DNA from: Ignavibacteria bacterium GWF2_33_9
GTDB taxonomy: Bacteria; Bacteroidota; Ignavibacteria; Kapaibacteriales; UBA2268
DNA length: 64,000 nucleotides
Assembly (NCBI GenBank): GCA_001804565.1
Contig: MHAC01000069.1
Location: forward strand, 824-64,823
Reading direction: 5' to 3'
Shown in pieces: positions 37,571 to 46,316 of this stretch (the first letter of the stretch is position 1; each line of letters opens with the position of its first letter). Both the position numbers and the translations under genes were made by a program. The notes under the pieces were generated by a model that ran no database searches, was not told the DNA's origin, and saw nothing but the letters and a program-made list of their open reading frames with translations.

Positions 37571-38665
37571 CTATACCTTAATAAAATTCTTTCCTGGTAA
37601 TTGTTTTATTAATCCTTTAAATTCCAAATTTAAAAGGGTAACCAAAACCTGAGGTATTTCTAAATCAGCCATATCTGCGATTATATCCACTTGCTTCGGT
37701 TCATGATCCAAAATTTTATATAATTTTAATTCATTTGCATTTTCAAGTTGAATTGCTTCATTTGCTAAAGGTAACTCTTTCAGTTTCCAACCAAAATCAA
37801 TTAAAATTTGTTCCGGTGAAGTGCAAAGTATAGATTGATTATTTTTTATCAATTCATTACAACCTTTGCTCTTTTCTGAATTAATATTCCCCGGAATAGC
37901 ATACACCTCTCTGTTCTGGTCAAAAGCAAATTTTGCTGTTATTAATGTTCCACTTTTAATTCCGGATTCTATAATTAAAGTTGCTTGACTAAATCCACTT
38001 ATTATTCTATTCCGAACTGGGAAATACCCTATCTGAGCTGGTGTTCCACAAGGATATTCCGAGATAATTCCTCCACCATTTTCTACAATTCTTGATGCAA
38101 TTTTTTCTGAAAAAGCAGAGGAAATCATATCAACTCCATGAGCCACAATTGCAAATGTTTTCCCTTTCATCTCGCAAACTTTTCGATGTGAAATTGTATC
38201 AATTCCATTAGCTAAACCCGATACAATCCCAATATTATTGTTTACAAAATATTCAACAAATTTTTCAGTTATTAATTTCCCATACATAGTGTTATGGCGA
38301 GTTCCAACAATGGATATCAAGTTCAAATCCCTGTCAGGCAAATTCCCTCTCACAAATAATAACAGTGGTGGAGAAGTAATATTTTTTAGCAATTCAGGAA
38401 AATTCTCATCCCATATTGTAACAATTTTAATATTCTTCTTCTCACAATTTTCCAGGAGTTCCTGAACCTTTAATTCGACATTATCAAGAGGTTCATTTTT
38501 TTCAATTTCAAAGGAATTATATGATAATTCACCTTGCTTTGCATTAAAAAAATGTTCATATCCTTGATATTTATCTAGAATTTGAATTATTTTACTATGA
38601 TTGATTTTTTTATTAAAATATAATCTAAAAAAACTTAAACTATCCCATTTATTTGGTAATTTCAT
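37571..38665 (-). CDS. dprA: DNA processing protein DprA/Smf
   Basis: Rossmann-like core ISIVGTRHNTMYG...GLANGIDTISHR...IPGNINSEKSKGCNELI and a C-terminal winged-helix-like tail. Confidence 0.85.
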   Translation of the reverse strand: MKLPNKWDSLSFFRLYFNKKINHSKIIQILDKYQGYEHFFNAKQGELSYNSFEIEKNEPLDNVELKVQELLENCEKKNIKIVTIWDENFPELLKNITSPPLLLFVRGNLPDRDLNLISIVGTRHNTMYGKLITEKFVEYFVNNNIGIVSGLANGIDTISHRKVCEMKGKTFAIVAHGVDMISSAFSEKIASRIVENGGGIISEYPCGTPAQIGYFPVRNRIISGFSQATLIIESGIKSGTLITAKFAFDQNREVYAIPGNINSEKSKGCNELIKNNQSILCTSPEQILIDFGWKLKELPLANEAIQLENANELKLYKILDHEPKQVDIIADMADLEIPQVLVTLLNLEFKGLIKQLPGKNFIKV

Positions 38666-38735
38666 AAAAAGATTGAATTGTAAAATCTAAAAAAAATAAT
38701 TTAATAAAAAAATACATTTTATTAATGAAAATTCT

Positions 38736-38743
38736 TATTTTTG
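38736..38743 (+). promoter_or_regulatory. Candidate -7 box TATTTTTG for tRNA-Glu
   Basis: The octamer ends 11 nt before the mature tRNA 5' end (38755). Confidence 0.4.
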
Positions 38744-38754
38744 TCTTCTTAATT

Positions 38755-38826
38755 GGCGCATTCGTCTAGTGGTTAGGACGCTGGCCTCTCACGCCGGTAA
38801 CAGGGATTCGAATTCCCTATGCGCTA
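38755..38826 (+). tRNA. tRNA-Glu (anticodon CUC), no encoded CCA
   Basis: Manual cloverleaf: acceptor GGCGCAU/AUGCGCU (G1.U72 wobble), D arm GUCU-AGUGGUUA-GGAC, anticodon arm CUGGC-CUCUCAC-GCCGG, 4-nt variable loop UAAC, T arm AGGGA-UUCGAAU-UCCCU, discriminator A. Confidence 0.85.
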
Positions 38827-38832
38827 CTATCA

Positions 38833-41800
38833 TTAATTTTCATCAGAATTAGGAATGGAATAATCTATATAAATTCCATTTACTTTTATCCAATTAATAG
38901 CAGCTTTGTATATTTTAGATTTGCTCAATATTGATTCATTTCCGAACAAAATTAGATTCTCTTTCGCTCTGGTGAGGGCTACATTTAGTTTTCTATCAAT
39001 TATTCTCTCATCAATCAAAGTTTCATTTAAGAGATTTGACAAAAGGAAATCGTAATTAGTAGCAAAGGATATTAAAATTATATCCCTTTCAGATCCTTGG
39101 AATCTTTCAACAGTATCGACGGTGATAGTGTTTCTTAACTCAAGAGGAATTTTATCTATTATCGAACGGCATTGCAATCTATATGGAGCAATTACTCCGA
39201 CAGTTTTCTCAGAAAATTTTTTCTGATTATTCTTATAAATAAAATCAATTATTCTGGAGATAAAATTTGCTTCCCACGTATGATACTTATTTTCATTTTG
39301 CAAAGGAGTATTAATAAAAACTACTCTCTTACAAAAAATTGAGTCGAATTCTGATTTATAAATAAAATACGGAGAGACATCATTAGTTTGCCACTCCATG
39401 TTGAAGGATTGCAGTGTTTCATTATAAACAAGGAAGTTTGATAATTGCTGGATTTCCTCATGCATTCGCCCCTGATTAATCAAAGTACCGAAGGAACATT
39501 TCCAGTCATTAATTTTAGCTATTCTTATTAATCTCGAAAAAAGTGAATCAGTAAAACTATTTAAAGAAATCTTCTTTTGTAGTATATTATCCGAATGATT
39601 TTCAATTTGTACAATTGCGGGTAATTGTTTTTCATCACCAATGAGAACAAATTTGGGAGCTTTTATGATAATACCAATTAATTGAGTTTCCAGTACCTGA
39701 CTCGCTTCATCAACTATTATTAAGTCGAAATTCACCAGATCGAATATTTCAGTATTTAAATGTATTGAAGTCACTGTAGAAACAAAAAATCTAGTATTCT
39801 TAATTTCTTTTTTAAGTCCTGAAAGAGTAAGTTCATTTGAAAGTGCAGGAATACTCCTTTCGTAATAATTCTCCAGTTCTTTTCCTGATATACGAATAAA
39901 CGGAAAATTTACCTGAATTTTGTCCAGGGTTGAGCAGATTTCATCAACGGCTCGATTCGTGTATGCACAAATTAGAACTTTGGATTCTGTTGAATTGAAA
40001 TAATAATCAATCAAGGCTCTAAGTATCCTGGAAGTTTTTCCGGTACCGGGTGGCCCTTGCAACAGATAATACTCATTAGATTGAATAATTTTGTTTACAA
40101 TCCTTGTCTGATATTCATTCAAATAATCAAAATTAATTTCCTCCTTTTCTGTTGAAGTTGGTTCCATAAATCCAAAAACCAAATCTCTTCTTTCTCTTTC
40201 AGCATCGAAGAATGAAAATAAAGAAGTAGTTTGTTTTTTTATCAAAGAGTTCGACCTATCAACCTCTAATGCCCATTTATAATATCTTTTCAGTATATTT
40301 GCATCGAGGTCTTTATTCATAATACTGAAAACAATTTCTTCAGAATTAATTTCTTTGATGAATCCCTTCAAAATGTAAAATTGAGTTGGATTGTCAATAT
40401 GCTCCATTGGATAAATAAGACAGGAATCACCTTTTCGGAAGAAATGAACAATGTTTTCGTTTTCTAAGATTAACTTTAAATGCAAGAAATCAAAATCTGA
40501 ATCTGATGCAATCCTTAAATTTGGAATTATTGAAAAATTTTCAAGTTTATCTTCAAAAGTATCATTCCAAAGATTAGATTGACAGTTAGAGGAATCGCTT
40601 ATTTTAGCATTATAATCCTCTTTTAGAATAAATTCCAATGCAGTCTTATAGTAATGTCTTTCTATATAGGATAGGTTATTAAATCTTTGCAAGAACTTTG
40701 TCTTCTGTGAATTAATTAATTTATCACTTACTTCTTCAAATACAATTATGTCAATTAATGATTGTTTGTTAGTTAACAAATGGGATAATTTAATATATAT
40801 TTTATTCCTGGTTTCTAAAAAAATTGATTTGAATTCTTTTACATTTGATACATTGCGAAATCCGTTTGTACTGTCTGATGAATAAAATATTGAACTTGAT
40901 CCGGTTCGATTTTCATAAATTGAATCGAGTAAAAGATTATAACCATTTGCTTGTGCTGTATGAGAAGGCCAAGTGTTTGTTATTTTGGTTTTGTGTTTAG
41001 ATGGAAATCGAACTTGACTTGAAGGTGGTTTCCCCGATTTTAATTCAATAATATCTTTTCTGTTCTGATCTTCCGGAAATTCTATTAGTAAATCCAATCT
41101 CCCCTGCAATCCATAGAATGAGGAAAGGAATGATGGTTCAATTAATGAAAGTCCTTTCGGGAATTTCAACAAATTTTGACTGATTGAATTGTATTGTTGC
41201 TGTAAATTGTAGGTTAACTCAATAGAATTTTGCTTATTAAATAATGGCAATAATTTTAATGGTCTGATTTTAATAGCTTTTCTGAAAGAAGTCTCAAAAT
41301 CAATATTAGGATTTAAAATTAATTCATCAAAGATTGTATTGACTAATGTTCCCTGAATTAGTGGAATTGATGAAATATTATCCTCAAATAATTTTAGAAA
41401 ATACTTCGATATATAAGGACCATAAGGGGTTATACATTCGGAAATTTCAGTTATATCGAATAAAAAATCAGGTTGACATATTACTAGAGTTTCATCAGTA
41501 ACTATAAAAGCATTTTTATCAATATTGTGAATTTTCAGGTTTTCAAAATTTAAATTTGTATTTATCTCTAAATCAAACAAGTATTCATTTCCTTCATTCA
41601 ACAGAACAAAAAATTCTCCAATTTCTTGATTAGTACATACAAGTATTTTATCTTTAGTAGCTTTTCGTGAAATTCTTTTATTAATTAAAATTCCACTGAT
41701 TTTATTAATTCTTAGAATTAAATTCTTACTTACTTCAACTGCTTGTTTAGGATTTACTTCAAAATTAATTTGGTGAAATTCACGTACAAATAATTCTTCA

Positions 41801-42198
41801 TTTTCTAAATTATAGAGATATTCTTTGTTAAACTTGATTTTGCTTAATATAAATTTGGATATTTGTAATATATTTTCAAAAATTTGTTCATACTCAGCCT
41901 TAGAAATTCTCTTTTTTGCTTTAATTTTCTTTTTTATCTGATAAAGAACTTTCAAAAAGGATGAATTAGAAAACTTGATATTATATTTGTCTATAATAAA
42001 TACCCAGCGGGCAAAATTAGTTGGGAAAGTTTGTTTGCTAAGGCTTGAAACATATTTTAGGAAATCAAAAAAAAGATTAATTACCTCGTAAATATTCTGA
42101 GAATAATTAATCTTTTTATCAATGTTTTTTTGTTCAAATATATTTTGAAGATTTCCTAAGTACTTTTCAAGAAAAAAAAACTTAAAGGAATCAGTCAT
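38833..42198 (-). CDS. Dna2-like nuclease-helicase: central PD-(D/E)XK (RecB/Cas4-type) nuclease plus C-terminal Upf1/Dna2-like SF1B helicase
   Basis: Nuclease motifs (~40939-41139) are IEPSF, GRLDLLIEF, DIIELKSGK and QANGYNLLL. Helicase motifs are LQGPPGTGKTS, IIVDEASQ, LIGDEKQLPAIV, GRMHEEI, VDTVERFQGSERDIILISF and LNVALTRAKENLILFG. I prefer ATG 42198 (ATGACTGA overlaps the recJ stop); the track uses TTG 42207. Confidence 0.75.
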   Translation of the reverse strand: MTDSFKFFFLEKYLGNLQNIFEQKNIDKKINYSQNIYEVINLFFDFLKYVSSLSKQTFPTNFARWVFIIDKYNIKFSNSSFLKVLYQIKKKIKAKKRISKAEYEQIFENILQISKFILSKIKFNKEYLYNLENEELFVREFHQINFEVNPKQAVEVSKNLILRINKISGILINKRISRKATKDKILVCTNQEIGEFFVLLNEGNEYLFDLEINTNLNFENLKIHNIDKNAFIVTDETLVICQPDFLFDITEISECITPYGPYISKYFLKLFEDNISSIPLIQGTLVNTIFDELILNPNIDFETSFRKAIKIRPLKLLPLFNKQNSIELTYNLQQQYNSISQNLLKFPKGLSLIEPSFLSSFYGLQGRLDLLIEFPEDQNRKDIIELKSGKPPSSQVRFPSKHKTKITNTWPSHTAQANGYNLLLDSIYENRTGSSSIFYSSDSTNGFRNVSNVKEFKSIFLETRNKIYIKLSHLLTNKQSLIDIIVFEEVSDKLINSQKTKFLQRFNNLSYIERHYYKTALEFILKEDYNAKISDSSNCQSNLWNDTFEDKLENFSIIPNLRIASDSDFDFLHLKLILENENIVHFFRKGDSCLIYPMEHIDNPTQFYILKGFIKEINSEEIVFSIMNKDLDANILKRYYKWALEVDRSNSLIKKQTTSLFSFFDAERERRDLVFGFMEPTSTEKEEINFDYLNEYQTRIVNKIIQSNEYYLLQGPPGTGKTSRILRALIDYYFNSTESKVLICAYTNRAVDEICSTLDKIQVNFPFIRISGKELENYYERSIPALSNELTLSGLKKEIKNTRFFVSTVTSIHLNTEIFDLVNFDLIIVDEASQVLETQLIGIIIKAPKFVLIGDEKQLPAIVQIENHSDNILQKKISLNSFTDSLFSRLIRIAKINDWKCSFGTLINQGRMHEEIQQLSNFLVYNETLQSFNMEWQTNDVSPYFIYKSEFDSIFCKRVVFINTPLQNENKYHTWEANFISRIIDFIYKNNQKKFSEKTVGVIAPYRLQCRSIIDKIPLELRNTITVDTVERFQGSERDIILISFATNYDFLLSNLLNETLIDERIIDRKLNVALTRAKENLILFGNESILSKSKIYKAAINWIKVNGIYIDYSIPNSDEN

Positions 42199-43891
42199 CT
42201 GGAGCAATATCTTTAATGTTTAATTGAGGTAATTTAATACTACCTTGTCCTATTCCATCAATAGTATAAACAATGCTGAAAGGCTTTCCATTCGTAACTA
42301 TACCGGCTTTTGCTGAAAGAAGAGGTGCTATAGCATCAATCACAAAATTGCTCTGCATTGCACGGAATTTGAAAGTATTATTGCCAATAAACTTTATTCC
42401 ATTAATTGATTTTACACCCCGAGCAACAAATAATGGTCTGTCATTAGAATAACCAAATGGTGCCAGTAAATTTAATGAGTTGAGTAAAACAGGAGAAAGT
42501 TCATTAAACGGTAAAACTCCGTCTACTTTGATTTCTGGTTGCAACATTTCCTCAGTAATTTGAGAACTTGCAATTTCATCAATTCTTTTACGAAATTCAG
42601 GAACATCATCAACTTTCAAAGTAAGTCCAGCTGCATGACGATGCCCACCAAATTCGACTAAATAATGTGCATTTTTCTTAAGCGCTGAATAAATATCAAA
42701 ATTATTAATACTCCTTGCACTTCCTTTTGCCATTCCATCGATAGTAGTGAGCAAAATTGTTGGAACTTTATATCTGTCAACAAGTCTTGAAGCAACTATA
42801 CCAATAACTCCGGCATGCCAGGAACTATTGTGTAATACTAATGAACGATGTTTGCCAAAGCGTAACATATCTTCTGCTAAAGGTATCGCTTCATCAAATA
42901 CTTGCTGGTCAAGCAAACGCCTTTTTCGATTTTCATCTTCGAGTTCCTGTGCAATACGGAAAGACATATTAACATCTTTTTGCAAAAGCATATCAACTGA
43001 ACGGTTTGCATCACCCAAACGTCCTGCTGCATTTATTAAAGGCGCCATTGCATAAACGATATTTGTAGATAGTACTTCCCCTTTTTCAAGTCCAGTGCAG
43101 TATAATAAACCTCTAATTCCCGGACGTGGTTTATCGTTAATTTGCTTCACACCGTAATGAACAAATACTCGATTTTCATCAACTAACGGAACCATATCCG
43201 ATATTGAAGCAATGGCAACTAAATCCAGGTAACTATAAACCATATCACCCAAATTCAATTTTTCGCCAATACCTTGAATCAATTTGAATACTACGCCACT
43301 CGCCGATAAACTTTTGTAAGGATAATTATCACCCGGTAATAAAGGATCCAATATACTATGAGCAATCGGAACTATTTCATTTGGTTCGTGGTGATCACAT
43401 ATAATTAATTCAAGTCCGTGCTTTTTTGCATATTGAGCAGGAAGGAAAGCAGTTATACCAACATCAACGGTGATTATTAAGGAAACACCTGCAGCTTTTG
43501 CTTTGTTGATGCTAACTTCAGAAAGGCCAAACCCTTCGGTAAATCTATCGGGAATATAATATAATGCACGACAACCAATGCTTCGTAGAAAGTCTACAAG
43601 CATTGCAACGCTAGATGTACCGTCTGCATCGTAATCGCCATGTACCCATATTAGTTCGTGAGCTTGTTTAGCAAGTAAGATTCTATCGACAGTTTTTTCC
43701 ATATTTAACATTAAATATGGGTCGTGTAAATCCTTGAGTGATGGATTAAGAAACTTTTTTGCACTGTCAAAATCACTAAAACCTCTTGCTAAGAGCACCT
43801 TTACTAGGCTCTTGGGAACACTTAATTTCTTTGCTAAGTTTTGTACGGTAACATCATCGAAATTTTCACTTATCCTCCAATTGAAGGTCAA
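42191..43891 (-). CDS. recJ: Single-stranded-DNA-specific exonuclease RecJ
   Basis: DHH motifs are VHGDYDADGTSS, ITVDVGI and ICDHH. DHHA1 motif is FGGHRHAAG. Confidence 0.9.
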   Translation of the reverse strand: MTFNWRISENFDDVTVQNLAKKLSVPKSLVKVLLARGFSDFDSAKKFLNPSLKDLHDPYLMLNMEKTVDRILLAKQAHELIWVHGDYDADGTSSVAMLVDFLRSIGCRALYYIPDRFTEGFGLSEVSINKAKAAGVSLIITVDVGITAFLPAQYAKKHGLELIICDHHEPNEIVPIAHSILDPLLPGDNYPYKSLSASGVVFKLIQGIGEKLNLGDMVYSYLDLVAIASISDMVPLVDENRVFVHYGVKQINDKPRPGIRGLLYCTGLEKGEVLSTNIVYAMAPLINAAGRLGDANRSVDMLLQKDVNMSFRIAQELEDENRKRRLLDQQVFDEAIPLAEDMLRFGKHRSLVLHNSSWHAGVIGIVASRLVDRYKVPTILLTTIDGMAKGSARSINNFDIYSALKKNAHYLVEFGGHRHAAGLTLKVDDVPEFRKRIDEIASSQITEEMLQPEIKVDGVLPFNELSPVLLNSLNLLAPFGYSNDRPLFVARGVKSINGIKFIGNNTFKFRAMQSNFVIDAIAPLLSAKAGIVTNGKPFSIVYTIDGIGQGSIKLPQLNIKDIAPDD

Positions 43892-43918
43892 TTTAAATCC
43901 AGTTTACATTAATTGTTA

Positions 43919-43926
43919 CAAAAATA
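43919..43926 (-). promoter_or_regulatory. Candidate -7 box TATTTTTG for recJ
   Basis: Plus-strand caaaaata. It lies 27 nt upstream of ATG 43891. The extended TTTGTAACAATTA is shared with the region upstream of the 1404-aa T9SS protein gene (58557-58569). Confidence 0.4.
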
Positions 43927-44021
43927 CAAATTATTTGGAAATTATCAATATAAGTGTTGAATTTTTTTCACAATTATTGAATTTTTTACACATTTTTTTT
44001 AGAATTTGTTACCTTTTTTTT

Positions 44022-44029
44022 ATTTTTGA
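44022..44029 (+). promoter_or_regulatory. Candidate -7 box TATTTTTG for rdgB
   Basis: It lies 13 nt upstream of ATG 44043, which implies a very short leader. Confidence 0.3.
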
Positions 44030-44042
44030 AAAAAAGGTTAAT

Positions 44043-44657
44043 ATGAAGATTCTAATTGCTTCCAATAATCAACATAAAATTCTAGAAATAAGTAAGATTT
44101 TTCAGAATATCGAATTTAAGGATATCGAAATTTCTTACCCAAAAAAAATATCAGATCTAAATATTCAAGTGGAAGAAACAGGTGATACTTTCGAAATCAA
44201 TGCAGAAATAAAATCTCTAGCATTTTTTATTTTTTACAATTTACCCACTTTAAGTGATGATTCCGGATTATGTGTTGATGCCTTGAATGGTGCGCCCGGT
44301 GTTCATTCAGCTAGATTTGCAGGTGAAGATTCCAATGATAAAATGAATAGAGAAAAACTTATTGCCGAATTAGAGAAACTTAGTCTAAATGAATCACCGG
44401 CTCATTTTACTTGTTCTCTATGTTTTTTTGATGGGGAAAATATTTTACGTTCAACAGGGAAATGTTTTGGTAAAATAATTACTGAAGAAAGAGGATTGAA
44501 TGGCTTTGGTTATGATTCAATGTTTATTCCAAATGGATTTGACCAAACATTTGCAGAAATGGAAGAAAACTTAAAAAATCAAATTTCCCACAGAGCAAAC
44601 GCTCTTTCAAATTTTTTACCTATTTTTGCAAATTATTATAGTCGTTTAAAAATTTAA
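44043..44657 (+). CDS. rdgB: Non-canonical purine NTP pyrophosphatase RdgB/HAM1 family
   Basis: MKILIASNNQHKILEI...SDDSGLCVDALNGAPGVHSARF...GFGYDSMFIP...ISHRANAL. The track ORF begins at 43734, but that extension is antisense to recJ and has no homology signal. Confidence 0.85.
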   Translation: MKILIASNNQHKILEISKIFQNIEFKDIEISYPKKISDLNIQVEETGDTFEINAEIKSLAFFIFYNLPTLSDDSGLCVDALNGAPGVHSARFAGEDSNDKMNREKLIAELEKLSLNESPAHFTCSLCFFDGENILRSTGKCFGKIITEERGLNGFGYDSMFIPNGFDQTFAEMEENLKNQISHRANALSNFLPIFANYYSRLKI

Positions 44658-44677
44658 TTAATAAATAATAAATAATA

Positions 44678-45712
44678 GTGAATTTTAATAAAAAACAAGT
44701 CCTCAAAAATACGATTACTACTCTTATTGTAGTTGTTTCCATTTATTTAGCATTTAGAGGGATAAATCTCCAAGTATTATGGAAATACATAATTGAGGCA
44801 AACTATATTTATATAATAGCACCCATACCCATTATGGTATTGTCACACTGGGTAAGAGCAGTTAGGTGGAGAACAATTCTTAAGCCGATTCATAAACATT
44901 CAAGTTTATATAATTTATTTTCTGCAGTTAGTATTGGATATGCGGTCAATAATCTTTTACCACGTGGTGGTGAAATTGTTAGACCTTATGTTTTTTCCAA
45001 GAATGAGAATATTTCATTTTCTAGCACATTTGCTACAATTATTCTGGAAAGATTACTAGATGTACTCACACTTTTAATTCTTTTCGGATTTACTTTTATA
45101 CTTTATAGTGATAAAATTCTTGCACTTTTACCTAGTTCAATTGACATTACAAAAATAACATATTTGGTTGTAATCTTTTTAATTGCAGTGATTTTTGCTT
45201 TTTATCCTCCATTCATAAAATTTGTATTAAATAAACTCATTAAACCTTTTTCGGAAAAACTATTTAACAGAATAAATGAAATATTTTCAAAGTTTCTAAA
45301 GGGTTTTGCAATTATTAAGGAACCAAAGCTGTATGCAACACTTGCTTTTCAATCGATTTTAATTTGGTTATTATATTCTCTACCATTATTTATTATGTTT
45401 TACGCATTTGATTTTTCATCAAAAGGAATGAATTTTTTAGATGCCATTTTATTGTTGTTTGCATCAGGAATCAGTTTTTCAATAGCACCAACTCCAGGAT
45501 CAATTGGTGTTTTTCATTGGATGGTTAAAATAATATTGGTGAAGTTTTATGGAGTTAGCGGTGAACAAGCTCTTGCCTTTGCTACTGTAAATCATGGTGT
45601 GAATTATTTGCTGCAATTATTCCTAGGCGGCTATTTTATTGTTGTCAATAAATCATGGAAAACAGTTCTTAATTTTTCTTTATCCAAACAAAAACCCGCA
45701 GAGTCTGAATAA
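44678..45712 (+). CDS. Flippase-like / lysyl-phosphatidylglycerol-synthase-TM-region family membrane protein (UPF0104)
   Basis: GTG start, about eight TM helices and the characteristic HWVRAVRWRTILKP motif after TM2. Confidence 0.6.
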   Translation: MNFNKKQVLKNTITTLIVVVSIYLAFRGINLQVLWKYIIEANYIYIIAPIPIMVLSHWVRAVRWRTILKPIHKHSSLYNLFSAVSIGYAVNNLLPRGGEIVRPYVFSKNENISFSSTFATIILERLLDVLTLLILFGFTFILYSDKILALLPSSIDITKITYLVVIFLIAVIFAFYPPFIKFVLNKLIKPFSEKLFNRINEIFSKFLKGFAIIKEPKLYATLAFQSILIWLLYSLPLFIMFYAFDFSSKGMNFLDAILLLFASGISFSIAPTPGSIGVFHWMVKIILVKFYGVSGEQALAFATVNHGVNYLLQLFLGGYFIVVNKSWKTVLNFSLSKQKPAESE

Positions 45713-45743
45713 AAAAAAAGTCCCGTTTTTCGGGACTTTTTTT
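45711..45743. terminator. Bidirectional Rho-independent terminator
   Basis: Stem gtcccg / cgggac with loop ttttt, flanked by A9 and T7. Confidence 0.7.
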
Positions 45744-45759
45744 ACCAAGAAATAATTAA

Positions 45760-46236
45760 TTAGAATAATTCTGAAATTGCGTGGAAGTTATTATGCAATT
45801 CTACCACTTTATTTTTCAATTTATCATCTGTTTTGTAAGCCTTGCTCAATCCTTCGAGATATTCTTTTAAATCATTTAAGGAATTGTTCAATTTTATAAT
45901 TTTTGCTGATAATTGTTCATTTCTAGATTGATCTTTAATTTTGATTTTCTGCATAGTTGGCATAAAGTCAATAATTTCATTCACATCTCTTTTCATATTG
46001 GTAAGATTCAATGCAGGGAAATCCTTATGCCATAATTGCGAAACTAATTTATGCAAAGATTCAACTTCATTAACTCCTGTGTCTTTTTCTGTTGCACAGT
46101 GGTCTGTTGTTTCATGTTTTGTGCAACAAGGTTTTTTTGTATCTTCAGCTTTCAAAGTTACTGAAAAAACAAAGAAAATTGCTATTAGAAGTAGCCAGTA
46201 ATTTTTTGGTTGTTTTGTAATCATTTTATTTCCCAT
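45760..46236 (-). CDS. Secreted helical protein with N-terminal Cys/His cluster, unknown function
   Basis: Signal peptide, then EDTKKPCCTKHETTDHCATEKD, followed by about 100 aa of predicted helix. It is divergent from the TonB-dependent receptor cluster. Confidence 0.6.
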   Translation of the reverse strand: MGNKMITKQPKNYWLLLIAIFFVFSVTLKAEDTKKPCCTKHETTDHCATEKDTGVNEVESLHKLVSQLWHKDFPALNLTNMKRDVNEIIDFMPTMQKIKIKDQSRNEQLSAKIIKLNNSLNDLKEYLEGLSKAYKTDDKLKNKVVELHNNFHAISELF

Positions 46237-46316
46237 TTGGTTAAAAAAACAGTTTGAAGTATATTAGAAATTTATATTGTTTACAATAATAATTATTTCT
46301 TTGCGTTCCAATTTCT

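Noticed and set aside
42199-42207. The ORF track uses alternative non-ATG starts (TTG 42207, TTG 56624, TTG 58612) and an upstream ATG at 28229.
   Set aside because: In each case an in-frame ATG a few codons downstream gives a better N-terminus. Either it gives a normal signal peptide or it overlaps the upstream stop codon. I used the ATG coordinates but cannot prove them.
38827-43891. Is a genomic or defence island integrated at the 3' end of tRNA-Glu, given that the Dna2-like helicase-nuclease begins 6 nt after the tRNA?
   Set aside because: I see no integrase, no direct repeat of the tRNA 3' end and no obvious compositional shift. The helicase gene overlaps the start of housekeeping recJ. 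A defence role cannot be excluded without neighbourhood comparison, but nothing in the sequence supports mobility.
44012-44039. An A/U hairpin (accttttttt / aaaaaaaggt) lies immediately before the rdgB start, a possible RBS-sequestering element.
   Set aside because: The stem is almost entirely A-U pairs formed by homopolymer runs, so it is thermodynamically weak. It overlaps the candidate -7 box, so most of it may not even be transcribed.
43734-44042. The track ORF 43734..44657 (307 aa) suggests a long N-terminal extension of the RdgB gene.
   Set aside because: The first ~100 codons run antisense through the recJ 5' end and across the AT-rich divergent promoter region. They have low-complexity composition. 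RdgB homology begins exactly at ATG 44043 (MKILIASNNQHK), which has its own TATTTTTG box.
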